A stretch of 64,000 nt of DNA from the human T2T-CHM13v2.0 reference genome, Homo sapiens, in NCBI RefSeq assembly GCF_009914755.1, contig NC_060926.1. One strand, 5' to 3'. A program made the translations under genes and the position numbers. The notes beneath the pieces were generated by a model, which was not told the origin of the DNA, made no database searches, and saw nothing but the letters and a program-made list of their open reading frames with translations. Shown here in pieces: positions 41,001-54,859 of the stretch (positions within the stretch are counted from its first letter, which is position 1; the number at the start of each line of letters is the position of its first letter).

Positions 41001-41438
41001 GCTCAGTTAATAATGGGTTAGCCAAAAAGGATTTCTGTAGAAGAGGTTAACCAATCATATTCAAGACATCTTACTGTTTTACAAATCCGAATGCGTGTAA
41101 TTCCAAGAGAACTCAATAGAGCTAGTTTTTGTATTCCTGGGACTAAAAAATTATCTAAAACTCCTTGACTCTGGGATGTCAAGTTTCTTCTGGCCTCTTA
41201 GGGCTGCCAAGATCCCTGTTTTCCGTATAAATTGAAGCCCAAAACTCCTTGGTAAACCATTCTGGAAGGGACTGATACAGGCTTGGAATAATGTATATTA
41301 GCATGGCTGCCACAAGACAGAAAGGAAGATGCAAAAAAGCTCAGGCTGTGAAGGGATGAAATTGCAATACAACTAGAGGCTATTTACTGGTTTTTACCTT
41401 TTGATTCTGGAGCTTACAAACTGGTCTACCTATTTGTG

Positions 41439-41997
41439 TGTGGTGCAGACTTCCAAGCTCCCAGTGGTGCCCACCTCTTGGTATTTATGCCCTTGCGCGG
41501 TTCTCTCTCCTGGAGTGTGGGCTGGACCACACTTCGAATGAGCAGAATACTACAACATTGATGGGATGCCACTTCCCAGATTAGATAGTAAGAAACAGTG
41601 ACTTCCGTCCTGCTTCCTCCTTGCCCTCTTGTTTGCTCATTCTGGGGGAGCCAACTGCCAAGCTGTGACCCGCTCTGTGGAGAGGAACCATGACAGACCT
41701 CTGGCCACAGCCAGCAAGGAGGAGCTTGGGCCCTCCGTCCAACAGTCCGTGAAGAACTGAATCCCACCATCAACTGCCTGTGTGAACGTGGAAGCAGGTC
41801 CACCTTCAGTTGAACCTTAAGATGACATCAGCCTTGGCCAACACCTTGACTGCAGTCCTGTGTCCTGTGAGGGCCATGGGACCCCGCTAAGCTGTACTCA
41901 TGTCCCTGACCACAGAAACTGTGAGATAAGAGTATACGTTCTTTTAAGCCCCTGGGTTTTGAGGTCATCTGTTACTCAGAAATAGGTAATTAATACA
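41439..41997. mobile_element. MaLR solo LTR (MLT1-family)
   Basis: tgtggtgcagact...cccacctcttggtatttatgcccttg...cacagaaactgtgagataag...ttaagcc...ttaataca. Confidence 0.8.
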
Positions 41998-42015
41998 GTA
42001 AGCAGAACTCTAAAG

Positions 42016-42222
42016 CAGGGTTGGCTTTTTTTGCAAAGGGCCAGATAGCAAATATTTTCAGCTCTGTGGGCCATATTGTTTTGGTCACAATTACTTAACT
42101 GTGCCATAGAAGCATGAAAGCTGAGGATATACCAACAAATGAGCATGGTTCTATTCCAATAAAACTTTATTTATAAAACCAGGTGGTGATTTGGCCCGCT
42201 AACTGTAGTCTGCCAACCCCTG
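42016..42222 (-). mobile_element. Complete MER58A-like hAT element with 8-bp TSD
   Basis: Termini cagggttggc / gccaacccctg; TSD ctctaaag at 42008-42015 and 42223-42230. Confidence 0.88.
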
Positions 42223-42602
42223 CTCTAAAGTAAAGAAATCCTAATTTGGAGTTAAAAGGCAGATGATCTCCATTTTACTCCTGTGCTCAAAATTATTTTA
42301 ACAATAAAACAAAAGCTAAATCTATCACAATAACACAATCTCAGGCAGCTGAAAAGAAAAGCAGATGTCCACAGAATTTCTGATTTTGGTAAACAATCTA
42401 AGAAATACAAATATATCTTTTATGACAGATACCTCTAATTGCATTTTTATGGAAAAGTTGAAGTCCAACACTGGAGATAAATCTGAGCCAGAGGAACCTA
42501 CTGAATTAGTTGTTTACCACAACTATAATCTTAATAGCTCCTTAAGCACGCACTGGCTTTTCCCTCACACATCACGGATCTCCGGCAGTGGGAGATGATT
42601 AC

Positions 42603-43201
42603 CTTTGCTTTTTGGCAATGGCGATGGAGGCTGCTCTGTAAACACTTCTAGGGCTGGGGAGTCATGGTGGTCGAAGTCTTTGTCCATGGCTTCTATGAGA
42701 CTGGTGATGTCCGAGTCCTCGGAACTGTGCCTCGCGCTGCTGGCACGTTCTGGGTGGGAAGGGTGTGCGAGGGGGGCGGGAGACAGCCTTTCAGGCTGCG
42801 GCTCCTGGGGCTGAGGCACTGGCGGTGGCAGAGGAGGCTGAGGGTGCTGCTCCAGCGGGCTGTGGGCATGGTGCTGGCTGCCGTGCTGGCTCTGCTTTGC
42901 CCCTTTGGACTTTCTGCCCGCTGTATGACCTTGAGTCACTGTGTTCGAATCTAAGACAAGGGGGCTTGTTTTGTTAGCAGACTGTGAAGAAGCTGCTTGA
43001 GCAGAAGTCCTACTAGAGGTACTTGAACTGTTTTTGGCTCTGACGTTTTCCACGTCAGCTGAGTTTCTATTGCTGTGACTGCTGTGTGGGTGGACCGATG
43101 GGCCACACTGCTTATGACTCCCGGCACTGGGTCGGGATGATGAACCGCCTGCTCCACAGAACCCCCTACTGTGACCGGGGTCACAGCTGAGTGTGTTCAA
43201 G
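42603..43201 (-). CDS. TMEM131: TMEM131 large coding exon, Ser/His/Pro-rich cytosolic region (NLNTLSCDPGH...PSPLPKSK)
   Basis: ctttttcag| acceptor, G|GTAATC donor, 599 nt, phase 2->1; matches the 211-aa ORF. Confidence 0.95.
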
Positions 43202-43611
43202 CTGAAAAAGGGACCAACTGCAGATCAGTAAATAGCAACCTACAAAATCTAATATTAAAAAAAAACTTCAACTTCATCAGTACAGCCACCATAAATATAA
43301 ACTACACTAGGGAAAAAATAGCAAGAAATAGGGAAATTTCTACAACTCTCTAACATCTGTTCTATCTGAACATTTATAATTTACCATCAGTGATCTAACT
43401 AAAAGTATTTTAACCCTTACCAATATAATAAAAACACAGTATCCAGCATGAGCTCTAAGTCACTCAGAGTTCCATACAGGGTGTTATTAAGTAATCAGAA
43501 TTAAGATTTTTTTTCTCCTGAGCAAAGATGAAAAGAAACTTATTTTTTATTGTAATTTTATCAGCCAAATCTATGTACACTAGGGAATTTATTGCCAGCA
43601 TGTGAACATAC

Positions 43612-43770
43612 TTTCCTTCAGATGAAATACCAACGATTCTCCTGAGATCAAATGGCCTTCCCACATCGAAGGGCGGGTTCGAGGCCTCAAAGGATAGCCG
43701 CCTTCGAAATGGCTCCCATATTCCTTGAGCTTCCAAATAGGCTGTTCCAATGACCAAAAGAAACAGTGCA
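43612..43770 (-). CDS. TMEM131: TMEM131 coding exon, second half of the TM helix (SALFLLVIGTAYLEAQ...GISSEG)
   Basis: cccctgcag| acceptor, |GTATGT donor, 159 nt, phase 2->2. Confidence 0.94.
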
Positions 43771-43929
43771 CTGCAGGGGTAAAAAAAATTGGAAAATCAG
43801 GATTCATTTGTTAGTAGACAAGCAACAAAATTCGATGTTAAAGGCAGAGTTTCTTGGTAAAGTACAATATGATGTAATAGAAAACCAAGTTGTCTGTGAC
43901 AACTTTTAACAGACAAAACCCACAGTTTT

Positions 43930-44551
<622 letters not shown>

Positions 44552-45145
44552 TGCTCATGAATTTTTATAGAATGCCATCTCACATGGAGGTTTTATATGG
44601 AGGCAATAATTATGTGTATTAGAAGAAATGCCTGGAATTTGATTTTTCTTTTACTAAGAAGAATTTTAGTTTCAACTCTCCAACCCGTTTCCTCTAAAGG
44701 ATGTGTGATATAAATATGTAAATTAGTTTAGAGGTGAATTTATCTGACTCTTGAAACACAAAGTAATATATTGAGAACAGATGAAGACACTGAGAATTTA
44801 AAAAATATTTCTAATCAGTTTCAAGTGGCCTAGGTACTATTGTGTTAAGTATATTATATATATGCCCAAGTCAAGTAACTTTATCTGAGCATTTTAAAAA
44901 GATGTTAAAATGTACTTAATTTGTATAACAAATTTCAGAGGTAAAGAACACTGTTTATTATATATGCCACCCAAGAAGGGCTCTGTTTTAACTGTTCCCA
45001 CCAGTCTGTGAGATTGATAAAGGCAGAGTTCTGTCTTGTTTGCTGGCATATCCTAGCACTCAGAACAGTGGCTGGCACACAGTGGGCACTCGATCAACAG
45101 TGTTAAATGTTGAATGAATATGAACCTTGAAACAAGACACAATAC

Positions 45146-45331
45146 CTCATTATTCCTGAGATGATGATATACAGAGCCAGTTCCCAGTTAGGTCTGGGTA
45201 GGGCTTCTGCACAGGTTGCTAACATATGGTAAGGAAGGGATGCATTCAATATAAATACAAACTCAGAGCCACTGGTTGTTATAAACTTCAGTTCCCGAAT
45301 AACTCTAGAAGCTGTAAAATCAGGAGTAAAC
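45146..45331 (-). CDS. TMEM131: TMEM131 coding exon (LFTPDFTASRVIRELKF...LPRPNWELALYIIISGIM)
   Basis: gttttag| acceptor, AG|GTATTG donor, 186 nt, phase 2->2. Confidence 0.95.
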
Positions 45332-46433
45332 CTAAAACAGAATGATGGTAGTAAGGCTAAGTTTTAAAAATATCTCACAAGCAGTCTGCATATAATACTG
45401 GTCCTATAAGCCTTTGAAATATATCACAGAATTTGCGTTTGATACTTTTACTCAACTTCCGTATTTTAAGATGAAAAAAGTATTGTCCCATGGTCAGTAA
45501 TAGGAACAACTGTATTCTGTGAATAATTAGAGAAATTACACTAAAAAATAACAATAATCAAATTCTCATAATTATTAATTCAGAAAATGGTCCTGAGCTT
45601 CATGTCCTTCTCTCCTTCTTTCTTCTTTATCTAAATCCATGCTCTTTTCCCAGGCTACAATCCCAATAATGTCTTTTTTAAAAAAACAAACCAACTGGCT
45701 GGGGCCTAGTGATTTTTCCATCATCTCCTGCAGTATGGATTACTGTTGCAATTATTCTATTTTTATTTTTTGCTAATTGTATGTACCTTGAGGAAAGGTG
45801 TCTTATTCCTCATTGCATCTTTAGGTGTCAAACATTATGCCTTATATGCAATAATGTAGCTACTTATTAAGTAAATATTCATTAAAGATCACTAAATTAA
45901 ATATTCAATTAAGGGACAGAAGTTGCATTTTATTGCATAAACTTTATAACAGAACAAGTTATCAATTAATTGTTAAAATATGCTGCAGCTATTACTGAGA
46001 TAGGTATTAAAACTGTCTTCTGACCAAAATATTACATATCCGTATACTGCAAAACGTGAAAAAACTGTACATGTATGAAACAAATCTCTGTTGCTGAGGG
46101 ACTGTGAATTTACATCAACATCTTTTGCTTTAACGTAACCCTGAAAATAATTTTGAAATTGATTTCTAAGATTATCTGATCCACTTCGGAGATAAAGTTT
46201 TATAACTTTTGAAAACTGAGATATGAAGAAATGCCTTAACCAAAGATTAAGTGAAAAAAAATTTACAACTTTGAAAACTAAGATATGAAGAAATACCTTA
46301 GCCAAAGATTAAGTGAAAAAAAAACAAATGAATGCATTTGTGGATAAAGACCTTTGGTAAATATGAAAACATATCTTTGCACAGAGTTTGAGGAAAGTTA
46401 GTGATTCATTACACCTTAAAATAAAATACTTAC

Positions 46434-46620
46434 AATATGATTATATCTCTAGAAGCATTGGCACTTAGAGTAAACTCTTGACAATTAACAACTTTAAAGC
46501 CATATCCTTCACATGAGTATCCACTGATTTCAATGGTTTCTATGTGAATTTGAAGTTGTCCTGTATTCTCTACCTTAAATGTTCTTTTCAATGTGAAATT
46601 TGGTTCTCTTAGTTTTAAAC
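46434..46620 (-). CDS. TMEM131: TMEM131 coding exon (SLKLREPNFTLKRTFKVENTG...ANASRDIII)
   Basis: cctttag| acceptor, |GTAAGT donor, 187 nt, phase 1->2. Confidence 0.95.
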
Positions 46621-47059
46621 CTAAAGGATAAAAAATCAGGAATAAGACTAAATCTTGCCATCATGTGCTCCCAGTCCAAATGATAAATACATTATTCATG
46701 AATTACTATATGTCACAGGTTATAAACCATCCCTGCATGTCAGAGAGATCAGCTGTTCCTCAGATTTCATCATGAGGTAATCTACTTTGATAAATCATTT
46801 TAGATGGCAAAAGTTGACTATACTTCACATTTCATACTGAGAGTAAATCAGCTAAGGTATGCAATGAGTGCAAACACTTTAAATCTTTTAAGATCCAAAT
46901 CAAACAACTCTAAACACAACATGGAATTTCCTTAAGCTCTTAAGCATTCATAACTAATATACACAGGTGCACATACAGAAATAATGTTGTTTTTGAAATT
47001 ATTTACTGTTGAAAGCAAATGCTGAAATTAGTGTCCTTGAAACTGTTAGGAAGACTTAC

Positions 47060-47202
47060 TATCTGTACAATCTTTTAACAATGCTTCCGTGATTTTAAAG
47101 CGTAAGGAGCTTCCTGGACCTGGAAGCTTGCCTGCCACCCTCAAGTTCTCAGTTGTTCCTTGTCCTTGGACCATCACAGCATCCATCACAGTCAGGTTAT
47201 TT
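47060..47202 (-). CDS. TMEM131: TMEM131 coding exon (RNNLTVMDAVMVQG...EALLKDCTD)
   Basis: cttgcatag| acceptor, |GTAAGT donor, 143 nt, phase 2->1. Confidence 0.94.
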
Positions 47203-47580
47203 CTATGCAAGAATGAGAATTACAGATTTTTCTCTCATTAAATCTGCACAATCTTTTGATTTGCAATTTCTACTGTTATTTTACAGAGCACCACATAGAA
47301 ATTAAATTTAATGGTGAGAATTTATACTTTAAGAATTCAAAAATACACAGAGAAGAGCAAGTTTTTATTTTTAAGAGACACACATTAAGACACCATTCAT
47401 GTTTTTGAACTATGCATTTGATAACAAAGGTATGTTTCATCAGGCATGGAGTGTGTGCATGTTTTGGACAAAGTGAATTCAAACTATTTCATAAGTTAGA
47501 CATGCAAATTCATCTTAAAACAAGTGAGGACTTCTAAGTAAGTAGTAAAAATGAACCCACACCTATATCACAGAACCTAC

Positions 47581-47732
47581 CTGACTATGATAAGTGAAGA
47601 AACAGTTCTGTTGTGAACTGGAGTAAACTTTACTTTGACAGATTTCTTTTCTCCAGGTTTTAAAATTAGGTTTAAAATTAAATGTCGAGAGAGGCCCTCC
47701 ATAAATCCTGTTGAACTCTGCAGTGGATGAGC
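47581..47732 (-). CDS. TMEM131: TMEM131 coding exon (AHPLQSSTG...LKPGEKKSVKVKFTP...SLIIV)
   Basis: gattcaag| acceptor (weak tract), AG|GTAGGT donor, 152 nt, phase 0->2. Confidence 0.88.
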
Positions 47733-48764
47733 CTTGAATCATTGGGTAAACAGAGAGGAGTCATGAATATATTCTCTGGAAGAATGTTTCTTCGCTTACA
47801 CCCCATCTAGAGCCCAGTATAGTTTCTCAAACTGATTAAATGCATAAACAATTTTATCTGTCATGTTTAGATATGGGTTAGCTGGAAAGCAGCACAGAGT
47901 AACCAACGATGAGATTCATATTCTACATTAAGTCCAAAAAGGGGCTTTCTTCCCCAGGTCACCAAATAAAGTCCTCAATGTTTGCACAAGGCATTTGTTT
48001 TTGGATACATATCTTTTTTGTTTTTAACCTAAAAATTTGAAATATTCCACACACAGAAAAGGACACAAACCTAAGATGATCAGCTAGACACATTAGCACA
48101 AAGCAAACACTTGTGGAACCAATGCCAGCACCCCAGGCCTCCTGATGCTTCCCGCCACTGCTCCCCTCTGAAGGGGACCAGGGCCAACACCTCAGGCCTC
48201 CTGCCACTGCCACGCCACTCCTCCCCTCTGAAGGGGACCAGCTGAAGGGTCTTCAGGCTGCACCGAATGTTTAAATGTAAAAAGATTTCCAATTCCTATA
48301 CATTTCTCCTTGAATCTTATTTTGAAGGTTACACACGCTTACTGTTTCATAAACACCCAATGATTTAAAGTTTAAAGCATAGCTTAGTTTAATATTCAAA
48401 ATATGACTTTTTGACAGCCAGTTATAGTTAAGGTTGAAAAACATTTGCTTTTTTATTACAAAAACAGTCACAGGTCACATATAAGGATATACCGTTCTGG
48501 TTTTTAAGCAACATTAAGTGTAAACTTTTTTGAGGGAAGGGTTGTCAACGCTTGGCTATAAACATCCACCAGTTCTTCATGGCTTCTGCTATCATGGAAG
48601 GAGGGTGCATTTTGTATTGTTTTCTACTCCCCCTGGCATAGATCGGTGTGTGTTTCACACATAGAGATCTAGCTACTTGCTTCAGCATGATTCCACAAAC
48701 ATTAACTCAGAGTCAACAGACTTTATGAAGCACATTACTTTTAATTCTTGCTTCTGAGGTAAAT

Positions 48765-48992
48765 ACGGTTGTCTCTGTACATGCCAGAGATTGGTTCCAG
48801 GATTCCTGGCATAACCAAATCTGCGATTTTTCAAGTAGCAGTTGGCCACTGTGGAATGTGCCTACAAAAAGTAGGGCTCTCCATATATGCAGTTTTGCAT
48901 CCTGAAAACTGTATTTTCCATCTGCACTTGATTGAAAAAAATGTATGCGTGCGTCAGCACAGTCGAAGCCTGTGTTGTTCAAGTGTTAACTG
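48765..48992 (+). mobile_element. MER8-like Tigger DNA transposon
   Basis: gttgtctctg...gattggttccaggattcc...ctgtgttgttcaagtgttaactg. Confidence 0.75.
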
Positions 48993-49228
48993 CTATTTTT
49001 TTCCTTTCTGTCAAAGTCCACTAAGACAGAAGAATATTCCAACTGCTTCAAGATGGTTGGTGAGTAATTTCCCTTTTAAATCAACTACTCTGATTAACTG
49101 ATGGACACAATGATGTACTATACATATATTCCCAGCAAGCACTAGCTAATTTAAACTCTCATGGTTTGGGGAAAACTTTAAGATGTTGTGATGCCTCCCG
49201 TATACCATTCAGGACCTTAATAATTTTA

Positions 49229-50433
49229 TAGTGGTGGTTCTCCAAGAGTGACCCTTGGACCCCTGGGGATCTCAGGGATCCTGTCAGAGTATCCACCACG
49301 ATGTCAAAACTATTTTCATAATAATACCGATAGACGTTATTTGTCTTTTTCACTATGTTGGCATCTGCACTGATGGTCAGCAAAAGCCATGGAGGGTAAA
49401 ACTGCTGACCCCTTAGCATGCATCAAAGCAGTGGTATCAAACTTTCCTAGCAGCCATTGTGTTTTTCAGTGTCATTCATTTGTATTTAAAAAAAAAAAAA
49501 GTCCTCGATTATGCCATAAAAACTTCAACCCTGGAGCATGTCTTTAATATTCTGTGGGATACAATGGGAAGTATGTAAAAAGTATTTCTACAGCTACCAT
49601 GTTGTTTTGAAAAGCTGTTTGAGATGGAAGCTGAACTAGCTGCTTTTCTCATGGAACACCGTTTATGTCTGAAAGAATGACAGACAGTCCATGGTTATTC
49701 AGACTTGGGCATCTGGCAGGTATTTTCACAGAAATAAGTGAGCCTACTGAAGTATTTGTTTCTAATAAAATTCAAGCTTTTGAGCAAAATTTAGGATTTT
49801 GGATAATTTGTATTCACCATTGTGAGCATGACAGCTTCCCAATACTTCAAGAGTTTCCTGATGAGCCTGGTGGTTAGATTAGCGAGGATGATTCATTTTT
49901 GGATAGTGCATAGTGAATTGTGGCAACATTTGTAAGGTCTGCATGTCTCCGTGAACCAGTATTTTCCAAAAGACTGATGTACAGTGTTATAAATAAAAAG
50001 GCAACTAAAATACTCCTTCTTTTTGTAATTACATGTCTGTAGCAGGTTAGATTTTCATTACATACTTCGATCAAAACAATATATCAAGAGAGACTGAATG
50101 TAGAGGCAGATATGAGAATCTACCTGTCTATTAAGTCAGGGAGCCAGCCATTAAAGAGAGTTGTAAAAATTAAAAAAAATCCATTCTCCTTGCTAAATGA
50201 TTTTTTAAAATATAGGTAGTTTTCATTTTTGATGTTACCTATGTTGAATGGAATAGGTTTATTATTATTTTAAACAAATTAAATCACTATTTTAAAGATC
50301 TTCCATGCCCGGCCTCAGTTTCAGTTTCTAATATGGCAAAACACTGATGGATGTAAACCAGAAACCTCTCTGGGGTCCTTAATAATTTTAAGACTGCAAG
50401 GGAGTCCTGAGACCAAGTATTTTGAGAACCACA
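49229..50433 (+). mobile_element. hAT-Charlie (Charlie2-like) element with transposase remnant
   Basis: Termini gtggttctc / gagaaccac; ORF 49665-49877 WLFRLGHLAGIF...KIQAFEQNLGFW resembles Charlie transposase. Confidence 0.75.
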
Positions 50434-50683
50434 TTCTATAGCACTGTAGAGATGCCTGAGATAGAATTTACTCTAAGCTCACTCTAGGACCTCCTCCTGA
50501 ATTTCTTATTTAGAATACATTTCTGACGTCTAGAGTACTCTTACTTATTTTCCTATCTCTCACAGTGCTTAGTTCAGTGTTCTACATCTTGTAAATATGG
50601 CTTGTAGTTAATAAAATAAGAAAGTTAAATATTAGCTCACTTAATACTTATGTGAAATTTCTCCCTATTATAAAAGCAGAGTG

Positions 50684-50993
<310 letters not shown>

Positions 50994-52110
50994 AAAAGCA
51001 GAATGAAAGGAAGTTCTGGTTACTGAGCCTTCTAGATAACTTCCAATAACATTTGTTACTTTGGCATCTTACAGATGGGAAAAGCAAAGCACGAAAAGAT
51101 TCCCAGAGCCGCGCATGAGGCTGGAATACAAGACTGTCTAAACTTTAGTCTAGTGTCCCAGCCATTATTTGACAGAAAAAAATACTACTTTGAATATTAC
51201 TTTCTTATGTAAGCTCGCCTTAAAGACAGAGTTATAAAAACTATTCTAATAAGGATTGGGCTAATATATGCCTTACAGATTAAAACATGGAGCTATGGGA
51301 AAGAATACAGTATTTCAAGAACTACAAGGGATCTGGTTTGAAAAGGCTCATAGCAATTCCTGATCAGCAGTGACCACATGATACAATGGTAAGGGCAAGG
51401 CTTCTGGAATCAGAGAACCAGATTTGAATTTGGCCTTGGGCAGAAACAAGGGCATGGTGGCCAAAAGGCTTGGACCAGTTTGCAGGGAGCCTTAGCTCCA
51501 AGTGTTAAGTTCCCAACACACACCCTTACATTAGGTCTTATTTAATAACGTGTGGTTAGTGGTTGCTCAGCCTGGCCTAAATAATAGAAAATAGTTTGGT
51601 TCCTAGAACAAACCAGTTTATGTATATGTTTATAAATAAAAGATTATCCATTGAGTGAAAATCATGCATATTACCATGCTAAATACAAACACAGCCAGTC
51701 ATGGGTTTAGCATTCATGGATGGCTTACAATTTAATTACAAAGTATCCAGAATGAAAATGTAAATGACTGAGCTCAATATTTTGATGCTTAATAAAAATC
51801 AATGATGTATTAATATTTACCTCATCTATATATTCTCAGAATTTCTGTAATTATTATTACAAACCTTCATGGGCTTAATGTTTAATGCCCATAAATACGA
51901 ACCTTTTACTCAATGTGCCTCACCTTGATCTAAATCCCACCTACTCTTCCTGATTTATTTTGCCTCTGAAATAATTACTGGACTGCTCTGACTTCTTCAG
52001 TAACTTACCCTTCAGCCAAATTTAAGAGTAGCCAATAATTTTCTTTCATATTTATATTGATCATATTATAAAATAATTTCTTTGGAATAGTATGAAGTTT
52101 GAATACTTAC

Positions 52111-52177
52111 ACTGTTTCTGAAGACTTGAAATTCTAGTGTTCTCAAATCTATCTTTGCCACCTTACTCAAGTTAAAC
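52111..52177 (-). CDS. TMEM131: TMEM131 coding exon (RFNLSKVAKIDLRTLEFQVFRNS)
   Basis: gttttag| acceptor, |GTAAGT donor, 67 nt, phase 2->0. Confidence 0.92.
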
Positions 52178-52643
52178 CTAAAACAAAAAATGTACACATA
52201 TTTATTCATAAGCAACATCACAGTTAAGGGAGTTATGGAGTGATTATCAGGTGTGTGCTTTATTTTCAAATTATTGTCTGTCAGGTTTTGAGATCAATAT
52301 GACCAGATTTATAGCCTTAAGAAAATTAAAGGCCACAACTTGTAATTAATATTTTGTTCACTTTTCAAAACTAGAATATTTGAAAGGTTTCATCTACTTT
52401 CTCTTTACACATTTTTAGAAGGGAGTTCCATATTACTTTTTCTTGCCTTATATTGAAAGTTTTTCTGGATGCTTTGCACAGTATCAACCTAAACCTCCCT
52501 AAAACCTTCTCTCAACCTTATAGATCCAGAACTTCTCGTCAAATCTATTAATCTGTATGAGCTGCAAATAAGGCTTTTTAAGTGAATAAAATACTAATTC
52601 AATACTACATAGAAACACTGTGATGATCCCAAGCAATACTTAC

Positions 52644-52753
52644 CTTGATACTAACTTATCTACAAACACTGAAGGGTTGGAATATAAAGCCAGAGGAATA
52701 AACTGAACATAGACAGGAACATCTGCAGGATTTTCTAAAGTAATCTCTTCTTC
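52644..52753 (-). CDS. TMEM131: TMEM131 coding exon (EEEITLENPADVPVYVQ...DKLVS)
   Basis: gtttaag| acceptor, AG|GTAAGT donor, 110 nt, phase 0->2. Confidence 0.93.
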
Positions 52754-52867
52754 CTTAAACAAAATAATGAAACATTAAATGAAAGATTTCTATAGTTAAA
52801 GCTAAGAGTAAATACTTTATAATCCTAGTATGTATTTCCAAAAACCAATGTCACTTTGAATACTTAC

Positions 52868-53006
52868 TGAGGAGCAGTTTGTATTAGTAAGTGGAAATTT
52901 CAAGTGCCGGGGTGAGCTAAGTATGGAAGGCCAGGAGAGCTCAGCAGTGATTTTTGATATTATATTTTTTTGAAGGTCTGTATTTACTTCAAATATAGCA
53001 CTCAAT
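52868..53006 (-). CDS. TMEM131: TMEM131 coding exon (RLSAIFEVNTDL...KFPLTNTNCSS)
   Basis: tttttctag| acceptor, |GTAAGT donor, 139 nt, phase 2->0. Confidence 0.94.
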
Positions 53007-54598
53007 CTAGAAAAACAATTTGTAAGTCACTGTATCAAAATGAAATATTTGAGTCTTCTGAACATAAGAAATTCAATTAGGCTTATGTACTTGAGAAATT
53101 TTTTGCTGGCCCTGAAAAAACACATTTATTCATTCTAATATTTTACTATGCTTGTAATGCTATATGATGTCTCTATATTGGTGCAAAGAGTTGCCAAAAT
53201 ATCTGTCACAGATCCTCTGTTTCTGTACTGAATATAGAAAGGATGATAAATCTTAGGAATAATACCAATGGCATTAATGTAATCCCGCGTAAGTTTCGAA
53301 AAACCTTTCCAAGTATAAATTCAGTAAGAAAAGCTGGCCTATAGTAGATAACCTATTTAGAAAAGGCAGGCATATAAAGATAATACATGATGTTACGCAG
53401 ATCCTAAAGGATCTTATGTGCCTAGAGGAAAGATCTAGACATCTACAAGCAGGGTGCTAAAAACATTTTCAGTAGGACTAATGAGAAGGCAGTACATTGC
53501 TTGGCATATGGCTTTTTTCCCCCTTGATATAAAGACAAAACAGAGTCCTCAGATTCAATGAAGACATCAGTTGACAACAGAGGTAAAACCTACGAGGGTT
53601 TTGTGCAGACACATGTAAAGTTTTCAGCAATATTCAAGACCTCATCTGAATATCTCCCTACTTATAAGTGTGTATAAGCCAGTTGCTTAGAACTCAGAAC
53701 ACATTCCCAAAGACACAATATTATAAATGGAGCTAAGATTCCTGGGACTAAACGCTGAAGCATATTTTAACCCCTAACTCTATTGTTGTAGTGTTATGAT
53801 ACTCTAATACTGGTAAGAGTACAAGTTTATATGACTAGTAGCAGAAATCCTCTGTAACACACACATAACAAAGTAACACAAAGGCAGGATCAGGGAGAAT
53901 ATCACATCTACTGTGCACTCAAGATAGACAGGGAGCCAAGGTCTTAGCAATGGGGTGCTGGGGACACAGAGAGGAGGGCAGGCTTTTTGTGGGTAGGAGG
54001 TGAAGAGGCCCCTTAGCAGCTGAGCATAGGACAACACTGTAAGTTATTTGTTCATAACTGGACATTAACATTTGGGGCTTGCTTGTCCTTTATAATGTCC
54101 ACTGTGGAAATACAGGGTACAAAGGAGAGTTTTAATTAGTGTTCTCTTAGCAAGTCCATTAGAGGAAGTCTCTTTTGTATTCATTTTAACCATCTTTTTA
54201 AAGTAAACATTCGACTTTCTTTTGCCTTAAGAAAACTTTTCATAGCAGAGAGTTCAGATAAACAAACCCTCCAATTATTAATGGTTTGAGAATTTACAGT
54301 ACTCTTAAATGGGAATATCCTGATACTAACAAATATATTTCAAATTAGCAGCTTGAGAAGAGCAGTTTCCATCAGCTGCCATACTATCATTATTCTAGTC
54401 AAATTCTTTTCTGAAGTACATGAAAAGATCAGATTTCTATACTACCAAATCAATACATTTTTTGTTTTTGAATCTGGGTGCAGTATTGATTTGTCATTAG
54501 ATGCACATTTCCTACCTGCCAAAGAAACACTGTGGGGCCTGTCTGAATGGAGCCCTGTGTGCTCCCGAATAGCTCAGCACTTAGAAAGGAAGGGGGTG

Positions 54599-54859
54599 GG
54601 CTGGGCACAGTGGGTCACGCCTGTAATCTCAGCACTTTGGGAGGCTGAGGTGGGTGGATCACGAGGTCAAGAGATGGAGACCATCCTGGCCAACATGGTG
54701 AAACCCTATCTCTACCAAAAATACAAAAATTAGCCAAGCATGGTGGCATGTACCTGTGGTCCCAGCTACTTGGGAGGCTGATGCAGGAGAATCACGCCAC
54801 TGCACTCCAGCTTGGTGACAGAGTGAGACTCCGTCTCAAAAAAAAAAAAAAAAAAAAAA
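54599..54859 (+). mobile_element. Alu (AluS-like) with right-arm deletion
   Basis: agaatcac joins directly to gccactgcactcc; poly-A; flanks aaaggaagggggt / aaaggaaggaggt. Confidence 0.9.

Noticed and set aside
46199-48241. Direct repeats as a CRISPR-like array
   Set aside because: Only two adjacent copies each, no spacers, eukaryotic intron context
49665-49877. Domesticated transposase gene
   Set aside because: Only a 70-aa fragment inside a decayed Charlie element
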